A DNA stretch of 17,186 bases from Candidatus Krumholzibacteriia bacterium (GTDB taxonomy: Bacteria > Krumholzibacteriota > Krumholzibacteriia > WVZY01), in assembly GCA_036478295.1 (NCBI GenBank), contig JAZGDW010000166.1, positions 1 to 17,186 on the forward strand, in the 5' to 3' direction. The stretch's first letter is position 1; every line of letters starts with the position of its first letter. The notes beneath the pieces are model-generated. The model was not told the DNA's origin. It searched no databases and saw only the letters and a program-made list of their open reading frames with translations. Position numbers and translations under genes: made by a program. Of this stretch, positions 1-7,180 are shown piece after piece.

Positions 1-2
1 AC

Positions 3-2495
3 GATCGTAATGTGATCCTGCGCCTGCGCACGATCGAGATCCCCCGGCGGGTGAGCTTCATCCAACACGTGGCCTCCTACCAGAAACAGGTCGGGCCGAT
101 CGTCCCAAGCCGTCCGGAGCTTACCGCCTCGGCCGACTCGCTCTCGTTCGCCACCGTTACGGTCGGGGACACCGTGTCGTTGGATTTGCGGATCGAGAAC
201 ACCGGCAATCAGGCTCTGACGATCACCAGCGTGACGTTGCCATCGGCCGAGATGGAGATCAACCGGTTGCTACCCATTACAATCACCCCGGATAGTACAG
301 ATACGCTGACTGTGTTCCTCCAACCCCGGACAGAACTCAATATTTCTGGGAATCTGCTCGTTTCCAGCGACGATCCCATCACCCCCGTTGCCTCGATCGC
401 GGTCACAACCGACATCAAGCCGCTTTCCATCGCGTCGCAGGCACTGCCCGACAGTACGACCGTGCCGCTCGGAGCTGGGGTAACCGTTCTAGTGATCCCT
501 GCCGAGGCTGTTCGGATCGAACGCGGCACACTTTATCATGGCGCTACCGGTGACACGGTGTTTTCGGCGGTTCCACTGAAGCTGTCTGGGGGTTTTTTCA
601 GCGGCATAATTCCGGGCGAAGCCGTCACGGAACTCGGGCTGCAATACTACGTCGAGGTCGAGAACAGCGGTGTCTTCAACACCGACCCGCCCGGCGCACC
701 AACCGATTCACTTTTCTTTCAGGCCGTCGAATCACCGATGTCCATCACGTCGGCGGCGCAGCCGAATTCGGGTGATGGGTTCGTCGAGAATCGAATCGTT
801 CGAGTGCTAGTCACATTACCGTTGGGCGCGATCTTCAAACGTGGCGCACTGCACTTCCGGCGCGGTGGCGAAGAGTTTTTCCAAGTCGACAGCCTTCGCA
901 CCGGCGATCCACTTGCCTTCGGCACCATTCCCGACTCACTCGTCGGGCCGCGCGGCGTCGAGTACTGGGTCTCGGTCGAAACGGAGTCCCAGACGATGCT
1001 CACCGACCCGCCTATAGACGCCGCCGGCAATCCCCGGTCGCTCTCGATTGTCGTCTCGGACCTCGTCGAGAAGAACAAACATGCCGGCGAAGTGTTCCGC
1101 CTGCTCTCGGTACCGCTGGCGATGCAAGGAACAATCACCGGTGCGCTCACCGACGACATCGGCGGACCGGACAACATGCGTTGGCGGCTCTTTGCGTTCG
1201 AGCCGGTTGGTGGCAAGAACTACTTGGAGCTCCCCAACGACAGCCTCTTTGCCTTCGAGCAAGGACGCGCCTACTGGCTCATCACCCGCGACGGCCACCG
1301 GATCGGCACCGGCCCCGACCTCGGCGAGACGACGCCGACCGATGGCATGTACGCGCTCACGCTGCAGCCGGGATTCAACCTGATTGGCAATCCCTTCAAT
1401 TTTCCCGTCGCGTGGGACTCGATGCGGGTCGATACGCTTTCGATGGCACAGGCGGTGTCGAAGCTCGTAGAACCACCGGTTCGGTGGGGTGGTTTTCAGT
1501 ACCGCGGCGATGTAACGGTGCTGGATCCGTTCGAAGGATATTGGGTAAAGAACCTGCACACCGCCGCGGTGGTGCTCCGCATTCCGCCAGAAGAAGCGGC
1601 GGGCGGTGCGACGCGAACCTTTCCTGCTACGGTGGCGTCCGCGGCCATAGCAACCACAACTGGTACGGACGGATGGCGGCTTCAGCTGAGTGCGAGATCG
1701 GGCGATGCGAGGGACACGTATAACTATGTCGGCGTGACACCCGGCGCAACACTCCACCGGGACCCCAGCGACCGATCGGAAGCACCAATGAGTCCGGGGC
1801 CTGCGATCTCGCTCTATTTTCCACACAACGACTGGGAGAAACACCCGGGGCCGTACACGGTAGACATGCGGGGTGAGGCTCAGGCCGTGGATACCAAGAC
1901 GCTAGGCCTCTCGCTAACCGAGCAAGAACTCTGGGGCTACGTGTGGCGTTTCGATGTGGCCAAGAACTTCTCGGTCGACGGGGCGGGTGATGAGGTCGTG
2001 CTCGACTTCGGCGATATCGAGAGCGTTCCCGGCGATGCGAAGGTGCTCCTGGTCGACCACGACCTCGATCGCCTCACCGACCTCAAGAAAGAGCACACCT
2101 ACCGTTACTTCCAGGGCGTGCGGGCCGTCGTGCAAAGCGAGAATGACGCCCGGTTTGCCCTCATCGTCGGCAGCGACGAGTTCATCGCGAAACGCGACGA
2201 CCTGCCGGCGCTGCCCACTCGAACGGTGCTCCACCAGAACTATCCCAATCCGTTTAACCCGACGACAATCATCCGCTACGAGATCGCGCGGCCCGGTGAT
2301 GTCACACTTCGGATGTACAATGCCGCGGGAGCGCTTGTGAAAGAGCTTTACAATGGCCATCGCGCAGCCGGCGTCTATGAAGCCGGCTGGAACGGGGAGA
2401 ATAACCAGGGCCGCAAGGTTGCGTCGGGAATCTATTTCTACAAACTGACCGCGGTGGATTTTGCGCAGACCAAGAAAATGATCCTGCTAAAGTAG
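3..2495 (+). CDS. Large secreted protein, 5'-truncated: choice-of-anchor D/ASH-like Ig domain, two duplicated beta-rich domains, C-terminal FlgD-Ig/T9SS type A-like sorting domain
   Basis: The frame is open from position 3 (GAT CGT AAT GTG), so GTG at 12 is probably not the true start. Ig motif 'LSFATVTVGDTVSLDLRIENTGNQALTITSV...SSDDP'. C-terminus 'LHQNYPNPFNPTTIIRYEI...WNGENNQGRKVASGIYFYKL...TKKMILLK', then TAG at 2493-2495. Confidence 0.85.
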   Translation, partial: DRNVILRLRTIEIPRRVSFIQHVASYQKQVGPIVPSRPELTASADSLSFATVTVGDTVSLDLRIENTGNQALTITSVTLPSAEMEINRLLPITITPDSTDTLTVFLQPRTELNISGNLLVSSDDPITPVASIAVTTDIKPLSIASQALPDSTTVPLGAGVTVLVIPAEAVRIERGTLYHGATGDTVFSAVPLKLSGGFFSGIIPGEAVTELGLQYYVEVENSGVFNTDPPGAPTDSLFFQAVESPMSITSAAQPNSGDGFVENRIVRVLVTLPLGAIFKRGALHFRRGGEEFFQVDSLRTGDPLAFGTIPDSLVGPRGVEYWVSVETESQTMLTDPPIDAAGNPRSLSIVVSDLVEKNKHAGEVFRLLSVPLAMQGTITGALTDDIGGPDNMRWRLFAFEPVGGKNYLELPNDSLFAFEQGRAYWLITRDGHRIGTGPDLGETTPTDGMYALTLQPGFNLIGNPFNFPVAWDSMRVDTLSMAQAVSKLVEPPVRWGGFQYRGDVTVLDPFEGYWVKNLHTAAVVLRIPPEEAAGGATRTFPATVASAAIATTTGTDGWRLQLSARSGDARDTYNYVGVTPGATLHRDPSDRSEAPMSPGPAISLYFPHNDWEKHPGPYTVDMRGEAQAVDTKTLGLSLTEQELWGYVWRFDVAKNFSVDGAGDEVVLDFGDIESVPGDAKVLLVDHDLDRLTDLKKEHTYRYFQGVRAVVQSENDARFALIVGSDEFIAKRDDLPALPTRTVLHQNYPNPFNPTTIIRYEIARPGDVTLRMYNAAGALVKELYNGHRAAGVYEAGWNGENNQGRKVASGIYFYKLTAVDFAQTKKMILLK

Positions 2496-2517
2496 GCGCG
2501 CGAAGATAGTGAAGCAC

Positions 2518-2685
2518 CGTTGAATCGGTGACGGGTCCCGATACGGGAACGAGCGGGGCGCCTGTTGGGTTGTTGACAGAGCCCCATGCGGGACCAGGTG
2601 GCGGCGCGTTGTTGGGTTGGTGACGGAGCCGTTGCGGGACCAGGTGGTGGTGCGTTGTTGGGTTGGTGACGGAGCCGTTGCGGGA
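2518..2685. repeat. Degenerate intergenic tandem repeat, ~3.7 copies of a 45-47 bp unit
   Basis: Units start at 2518, 2563, 2610 and 2656; consensus about TGTTGGGTTGGTGACGGAGCCGTTGCGGGACCAGGTGGTGGTGCGT. The first 30 nt of copies 3 and 4 are identical, and copy 1 is the most diverged. Confidence 0.85.
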
Positions 2686-2845
2686 ACTAGCGAGGATCAC
2701 CCGCCGCAGGCGGGTCGCCGAGCGAAGTGGAGCACGGCGACGGAGGCAATCAAACAACGCACCACCAGCACACCCGTGCGCCGAGGACTGTCTGAGCCGG
2801 AGCATCCCTGTCCCATCACGCACACGAGTCACGCCGCGGGCGGCT

Positions 2846-3904
2846 CTACTCGAGCACTTTCACGTTTTCGTGAGTCGTCGCCCAGATATACCAGAAGGTA
2901 TCGAAACCGTTCAGCTTGACGAGTGTCGGCGCGGCGACCTTTTCGGCTTTTGCTTCCGGCTCGACGGCGAAACCGCCGGCGCTCGTAAAACTGTCACCGG
3001 TTACGGCGTAGCTCCACTTTCCATCTTTCATGACGAAACGGTCGCCCGCGTGGTCAACGTCGGCGATGTACGCATACGTGGATGCGAAAATCGATGAGCC
3101 TTTTTCCCGGAACAGAAACACTTCGCGGGTCTTACTGAGCTTGAATGAGCGGCCGCCCTCGAACTTCGAGTGTGCCACCGCATACGGGATCCCGTTCAGT
3201 TGAAACGCGTAGATCGACGCCTTGTCGTACATGCGCGTGTCACTGGTCGAGAGATTGCGGAACGTACGCGAGCTCGTAAAGTAGCTGTCGTAGGGGTTAC
3301 TCTCGTCGTGCTCTTTCCCATCGACGGAAAGGACTAGCGTGTCGGGATGACGCTTTTTCCATTCCCCCCACGTCATCTTCTCGGCGACCGGCACTTCCAC
3401 CAGCTGTGTTCCCTGCAGGACACCCCCGATGGCGTCGCCGGTTATGATGGACCACCAGCTGTCCGTCTCGCGGTCACGCATGACCAGGGAGGCGTTCATC
3501 AATCCGCCGGATGGCTCGAAAGCAAGTGTTTTTCCTGAATAACGACGGTCGTACACGACGCCCGTATTGGCCAGTGGTCACCAAACGGCGGCCAGGGGGC
3601 GCCCGGCGAAGTCATCGTTAACGATCTCGTGATGATTCAACAAGTTGAGGCTGTAGGCCTTGGCCACTCCGTTGTAGAACACGCCCATCACCCACGCGTC
3701 GTCACCGATTTCGGCCTCGTCGGCCGTTACGAACTCGGGGTCGAAAACGGCGGGAATGCCACCTCTGGGCAGGAGAATTTGAACCCCGGGCGGGGCCTCC
3801 TCGTCCTGGGCGAGGGCATCGGGAACGGCCAAATGGGCTGCTCCGGCGTACACCAGCGCTCCTGCCACCCCGGCAAGCACCAGGGCAAAAAACGTTCGAA
3901 ACAT
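2846..3904 (-). CDS. DUF3179-family exported protein, probable selenoprotein (352 aa, in-frame TGA = Sec109 at 3578-3580)
   Basis: Track ORFs 3578..4108 and 2846..3556 are in one frame, separated only by TGA: ...HHEIVNDDFAGRPLAAVW-TGA-PLANTGVVYDR...SGGLMNASLVMRDRETDSWWSIITGDAIGG...TWGEWKKRHPDTLVL...FWYIWATTH. These are DUF3179 motifs, and the TGA sits at the Cys of the family's 'CPL' motif. ATG at 3904 has AAAGGA 6 nt upstream. There is a signal-peptide-like N-terminus and a hairpin directly after the TGA. Confidence 0.85.
3535..3574 (-). promoter_or_regulatory. Putative bacterial SECIS element
   Basis: mRNA after UGA: CCA CUG GCC AAU ACG GGC GUCG UGUA CGAC CGUCGU UAUU CAG. The apical stem GUCG/CGAC closes a UGUA loop starting 23 nt after UGA. 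Lower pairings are GGC/GUC, AC/GU, AAU/AUU and CUG/CAG. Folded by eye. Confidence 0.7.
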
Positions 3905-3932
3905 AAGTTGTCCTTTCCGGGGCGACCGCCTT

Positions 3933-3961
3933 AATATAACATACGGGAACAAGCCGGGCAA
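3933..3961 (-). promoter_or_regulatory. Putative sigma70 promoter for the DUF3179 gene
   Basis: Minus strand TTGCCC (3961-3956), 17 bp spacer, TATATT (3938-3933), with an extended -10 TGn. It lies ~30 nt upstream of ATG 3904 in an AT-rich patch. Confidence 0.55.
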
Positions 3962-4040
3962 CGCTTGCCATTCGAGCCCGCCCCTGTGTTTCCCCGGGTA
4001 GCGATACCCGATCGTCCATCGCCGGAGGAGCCTTCTCCAG

Positions 4041-5102
4041 ATGCGAATAGAAGTGGTACCCGACGTCAGCGCCACCGAATGGCAGCAGCTCGTCGCTAAA
4101 GACCCCAAGGCCAGTTTTTTTCACACCCTGGAATGGGGCCAGTGCGTCCAGAGCATCTTCAAGGGATGGAACCGTTTCTTCCTGACAGCGAGAAGCGACG
4201 GTGAGCTTATCGCCGCCATTCCCGCCATGAGGCTTTCCAAGCGCGGCGTCTTCGCCATGATGTCGATGCCGTTCGGGACCTACGGTGGCCCCCTGGTCGC
4301 CGACGGAGCGCCGCCGGGCATCAGCGATGACCTCAGCCGCCGGTTCTTCGAGGCCGCGCGGCCGGCGCGTGTGGCGTTTGCCGAACTGGTGGACTTTCCC
4401 GCCCAACTCGCTGCGGTACCGTTCAAACGCATGCGTTCGGTGGAGGACGAAGCGCGCGTGCTCAGTCTCGAACCCGGCTACGACAAACTATGGACGGGAT
4501 TCAAGGATACAAACCGCAATAAGATCCGCAAGGCCGAAAAATCCGGCGTCACCATAAAACTGGCGGAGTCACGGGAGGATTTTCTCGCCTACAACGAAGT
4601 ACTGAGCGAGTGCTCCCGGCGCTGGGAGGAGCCGACTCAGTTTCACCGGGAATTTTTCGAGGCGTTGTGGGAGCTTCACAACGGCGGCATCCAAATGTGG
4701 CTCGCGGTGCACGACGGGGCGATTATCTCGGGACTGCTCAATTTTGCGCATAACAAGAGCGTGATGAACTGGGGTACAGTCTCTCTCCCCAGCGCGCGGC
4801 ACCTCGCTCCGGTCAACCTGCTCCACGCCCGCGCCATCGAGCACGCCGTCGACAAGGGTTTTTCGTTGTACAATTTCGGCTCGAGCGCCGGGATGGAAGG
4901 CGTGGACAAGTTCAAGGCCACGTTCGGTGCAGAGCGACTCCGCTACTATCACCACGTGCTGGAAAAAAGATGGTTTCCTATTTTTCGCCGCTGGTCACGC
5001 CGGCGACGCACCGATTACAAGACCTACCGCGGCAATGCCGGGTCGTTCGCGGAACACGAGGAAACGAAGCACGCGCCCGCGTCCGTCACCGCGAACCCGT
5101 AG
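4041..5102 (+). CDS. GNAT-family N-acyltransferase, FemAB-related / Acetyltransf_6 type
   Basis: GGAGGAG upstream of ATG. Motifs 'W..LV......SFFHTLEW', 'SMPFGTYGGPL', 'RNKIRKAEKSGV', 'NLLHARAIEHA...G...YNFGSS...GVDKFKATFGAE'. Confidence 0.85.
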   Translation: MRIEVVPDVSATEWQQLVAKDPKASFFHTLEWGQCVQSIFKGWNRFFLTARSDGELIAAIPAMRLSKRGVFAMMSMPFGTYGGPLVADGAPPGISDDLSRRFFEAARPARVAFAELVDFPAQLAAVPFKRMRSVEDEARVLSLEPGYDKLWTGFKDTNRNKIRKAEKSGVTIKLAESREDFLAYNEVLSECSRRWEEPTQFHREFFEALWELHNGGIQMWLAVHDGAIISGLLNFAHNKSVMNWGTVSLPSARHLAPVNLLHARAIEHAVDKGFSLYNFGSSAGMEGVDKFKATFGAERLRYYHHVLEKRWFPIFRRWSRRRRTDYKTYRGNAGSFAEHEETKHAPASVTANP

Positions 5103-5148
5103 CTTCGCGTGCCAACCCGTCACGCGCGGCCTGGCCGCCGGGTCGTGG

Positions 5149-5844
5149 CTAGTTCCGGTTCGTGTACACGACGAACTCACACCCGCCGAAGTTGTAACTC
5201 CCAAGCCTCACGAAGAACGCTTCCTCGTCGATCACCCGGCGAAATTCTGGGTTGTGATAGATGAGCCATAGCTTGCGGGAATGGTTCATATGAGATGCGA
5301 TGATGTTCGAAAAAACGTTTGTCATCACCGTGGCGTCGAAGGGGTTGAAAAAAAAGAACGTGGTATCGTCGTCGCGAATGGGGTAGTCGACGACGTCAGA
5401 CTCAATGATTTCCACGTGAGCCTGGATCCCGTTTTTCTCGCTGTAGAGCGCGAGGTTTTTTCTCGCCTGTACGCATAACTCGCGAGAGAACTCCACCCCG
5501 ACCACCCGCTCGAAACCGTACGCACTCGCCACCAGAAGTACACGCCCCTTGCCGCACCCGAAGTCGACGAACCCGCCCGCCTTCGGAAACGCCATGGCCT
5601 TGAAGAGCCGCCGCAGGGGACGGGCACGCGTGGGCTCGTAGCGCATGCCACTCACCTTGTTGGCGCTCGCGATGTCCAGGTCGTCCAGCTCCACGAGTTG
5701 CAGGGTATCGGTGCCGTAGCGGCGGTCGAACCACAGGTCTCCCACTTTGCTAAGAAGGATCGACGCCCGTCTCCAAACGAGCGCGATCGTCTTCCCAAGT
5801 CCTTTTTCTCTGAGATTGGTAGTGGTCCGGCGCAAGAGAGTCAT
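5149..5844 (-). CDS. Class I SAM-dependent methyltransferase
   Basis: Motif I 'FVDFGCGKGRVL', 'VVGVEFS', 'FFFFNPF', 'LIYHNP', and N-terminal 'FDRRYGTDT...YEPT'. Starts 9 bp after the transporter stop. Confidence 0.85.
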   Translation of the reverse strand: MTLLRRTTTNLREKGLGKTIALVWRRASILLSKVGDLWFDRRYGTDTLQLVELDDLDIASANKVSGMRYEPTRARPLRRLFKAMAFPKAGGFVDFGCGKGRVLLVASAYGFERVVGVEFSRELCVQARKNLALYSEKNGIQAHVEIIESDVVDYPIRDDDTTFFFFNPFDATVMTNVFSNIIASHMNHSRKLWLIYHNPEFRRVIDEEAFFVRLGSYNFGGCEFVVYTNRN

Positions 5845-5853
5845 GGGCGGGGG

Positions 5854-7098
5854 CTACCTCACAAAGATACCCACGACGGCGCCGGTCATGCTGGTGGCGA
5901 TGGTGCCCGCCAGGATCGAGCGAAAACCGAGGGCGACGATCTCGCTGCGACGCCCGGTAGCCATTGCTCCCATGCCGCCGATCATGATGCCGAGGCTGCC
6001 GGGATTGGCAAAGCCGCACATGGCATACATGACGATCAGGCGGCTCCGGGGGCCCAGCGCGCCGTCGGCCAGGCGGGTCAGGTCGAGGTAAGCGATGAAT
6101 TCGTTCAATACCGTTTTCGTCCCCATCAGCGCGCCCGCGGTTATGCTCTCGCTCCACGGGATTCCCATGAACCACATGACCGGCGCCATGACGTAGCCCA
6201 GCAGCCTCTGCAGGGTGATGGCTTCCCCGCCCATTCCCGGGAGGAGGCCGAGGATAATGTTCACCAGATGCACCAGCGCGACCAAGACGATGATCATGGC
6301 GACCACACTAAAGAGCAGCTGAATCCCTTGGAACGTCCCCTTGGTGATGGCGTCCATGGAGGAGGTGGCTTCTTCGGGGGTCGTGAGCTCGGCCGGCGTC
6401 GGCGGTTGCGTTTCGGGAATCATGATTTTCGAAATGGTAATCGCCGCCGGCGCGCTGATAATCGACGCGGTCAGGATGTGCCCCAGGGCGTTGGGAATCA
6501 CATCGCCCAGGATGCTCGCGTAGAGCACCATTACCGTTCCCGCGACGGTCGCCATGCCGCACGTCATCAGGCTGAACAGCTCGCTCCTCGTCATCCTCCC
6601 GAGGTACGGACGAACGAGGAGCGGCGCCTCGACCATGCCGACGAATATGTTGGCGGCCACCCCCACGCCTTCCGCACCACCGATACGCATGGTCCTACGC
6701 AGCGCCCAGGCGAAGCCTTTGACGACCACGGGCAGAACCTTCCAGTAAAACAGGAGGGCCGAGAGGGCGCTCATCACCAGGATGAGGGGCAGCCCCTTGA
6801 AGGCCAGGATAAAGCTCGAGCCGGGGATGGCTTCTTCGTACGGCAGCGGCGCACCGGCGAGATACCCGAATACGACCTTGGCGCCGGCCGTCGTGGACTC
6901 TTCCAGCGCCACCACCACCTTGTTCAGGGTGACGAATACACGACTCAACGCGGGTATCTTGAGGAGCAACGCACCGAGTGCCACCTGCACGCCGAGACCG
7001 GTAAGCACCATGCGCAGGGAAACACGTTTCCGGTTTTCGCTGAAGAGCCAGGCGATGGCGACGAACGCCGCCAGGCCAAGAACGCTTTGCAGGATCAT
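5854..7098 (-). CDS. nupC: Concentrative nucleoside transporter (CNT/NupC family)
   Basis: Multi-TM protein with CNT motifs 'AWLFSENRKRV', 'VFGYL', 'AANIFVGMVEAPLLVRPYL..MTRSELF..MT.GMATVAG', 'GTKTVLNEFIAY', 'YAMCGFANPGSLGIMIGG'. Confidence 0.93.
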   Translation of the reverse strand: MILQSVLGLAAFVAIAWLFSENRKRVSLRMVLTGLGVQVALGALLLKIPALSRVFVTLNKVVVALEESTTAGAKVVFGYLAGAPLPYEEAIPGSSFILAFKGLPLILVMSALSALLFYWKVLPVVVKGFAWALRRTMRIGGAEGVGVAANIFVGMVEAPLLVRPYLGRMTRSELFSLMTCGMATVAGTVMVLYASILGDVIPNALGHILTASIISAPAAITISKIMIPETQPPTPAELTTPEEATSSMDAITKGTFQGIQLLFSVVAMIIVLVALVHLVNIILGLLPGMGGEAITLQRLLGYVMAPVMWFMGIPWSESITAGALMGTKTVLNEFIAYLDLTRLADGALGPRSRLIVMYAMCGFANPGSLGIMIGGMGAMATGRRSEIVALGFRSILAGTIATSMTGAVVGIFVR

Positions 7099-7180
7099 GA
7101 TAGTCGATAGTACTCAGTGACCTGCTGTTTTCCAAGCGAATTGAGGCCACAGAGGCCGGAACGGCGAGCGCGTCTCTCGT

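Noticed and set aside
2518..2690. Tandem repeat as a CRISPR array
   Set aside because: Units are contiguous, with no unique spacers between conserved repeats, and there are no cas genes in the window.
2626..2690. GAGCCGTTGCGGGA resembles the 5' half of group II intron domain V
   Set aside because: The complementary 3' half (…GCACGTACGGTTC-like) and domain VI are missing, and there is no reverse transcriptase ORF.
2496..2845. tRNA-Sec or other tRNA next to the selenoprotein gene
   Set aside because: No TTCA anticodon loop, GTTCRA T-loop or cloverleaf pairing could be found by eye.
2302..3097. Track ORFs 2302..2832 (-), 2617..2919 (+) and 2663..3097 (+)
   Set aside because: They run through the non-triplet repeat, overlap real genes in antisense, and give Arg/Pro-rich sequences with no motifs.
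2846..4108. Two separate genes or a nonsense pseudogene for DUF3179, and the track start at 4108
   Set aside because: A single TGA at the conserved Cys position, a SECIS-like hairpin and no other lesions favour Sec read-through, though a pseudogene is not formally excluded. The 4108 start overlaps the GNAT gene, whereas ATG 3904 has an RBS and promoter.
5105..5137. Hairpins CGCGTG/CACGCG and GCGGCC/GGCCGC between the convergent GNAT and methyltransferase genes as intrinsic terminators
   Set aside because: The stems are short and have no U-tract on either strand, so they are not distinguishable from chance in GC-rich DNA.
5698..7110. 470-aa + strand ORF
   Set aside because: Antisense shadow of nupC with His/Arg/Gly/Asp-rich composition, typical of the reverse frame of a hydrophobic high-GC gene.
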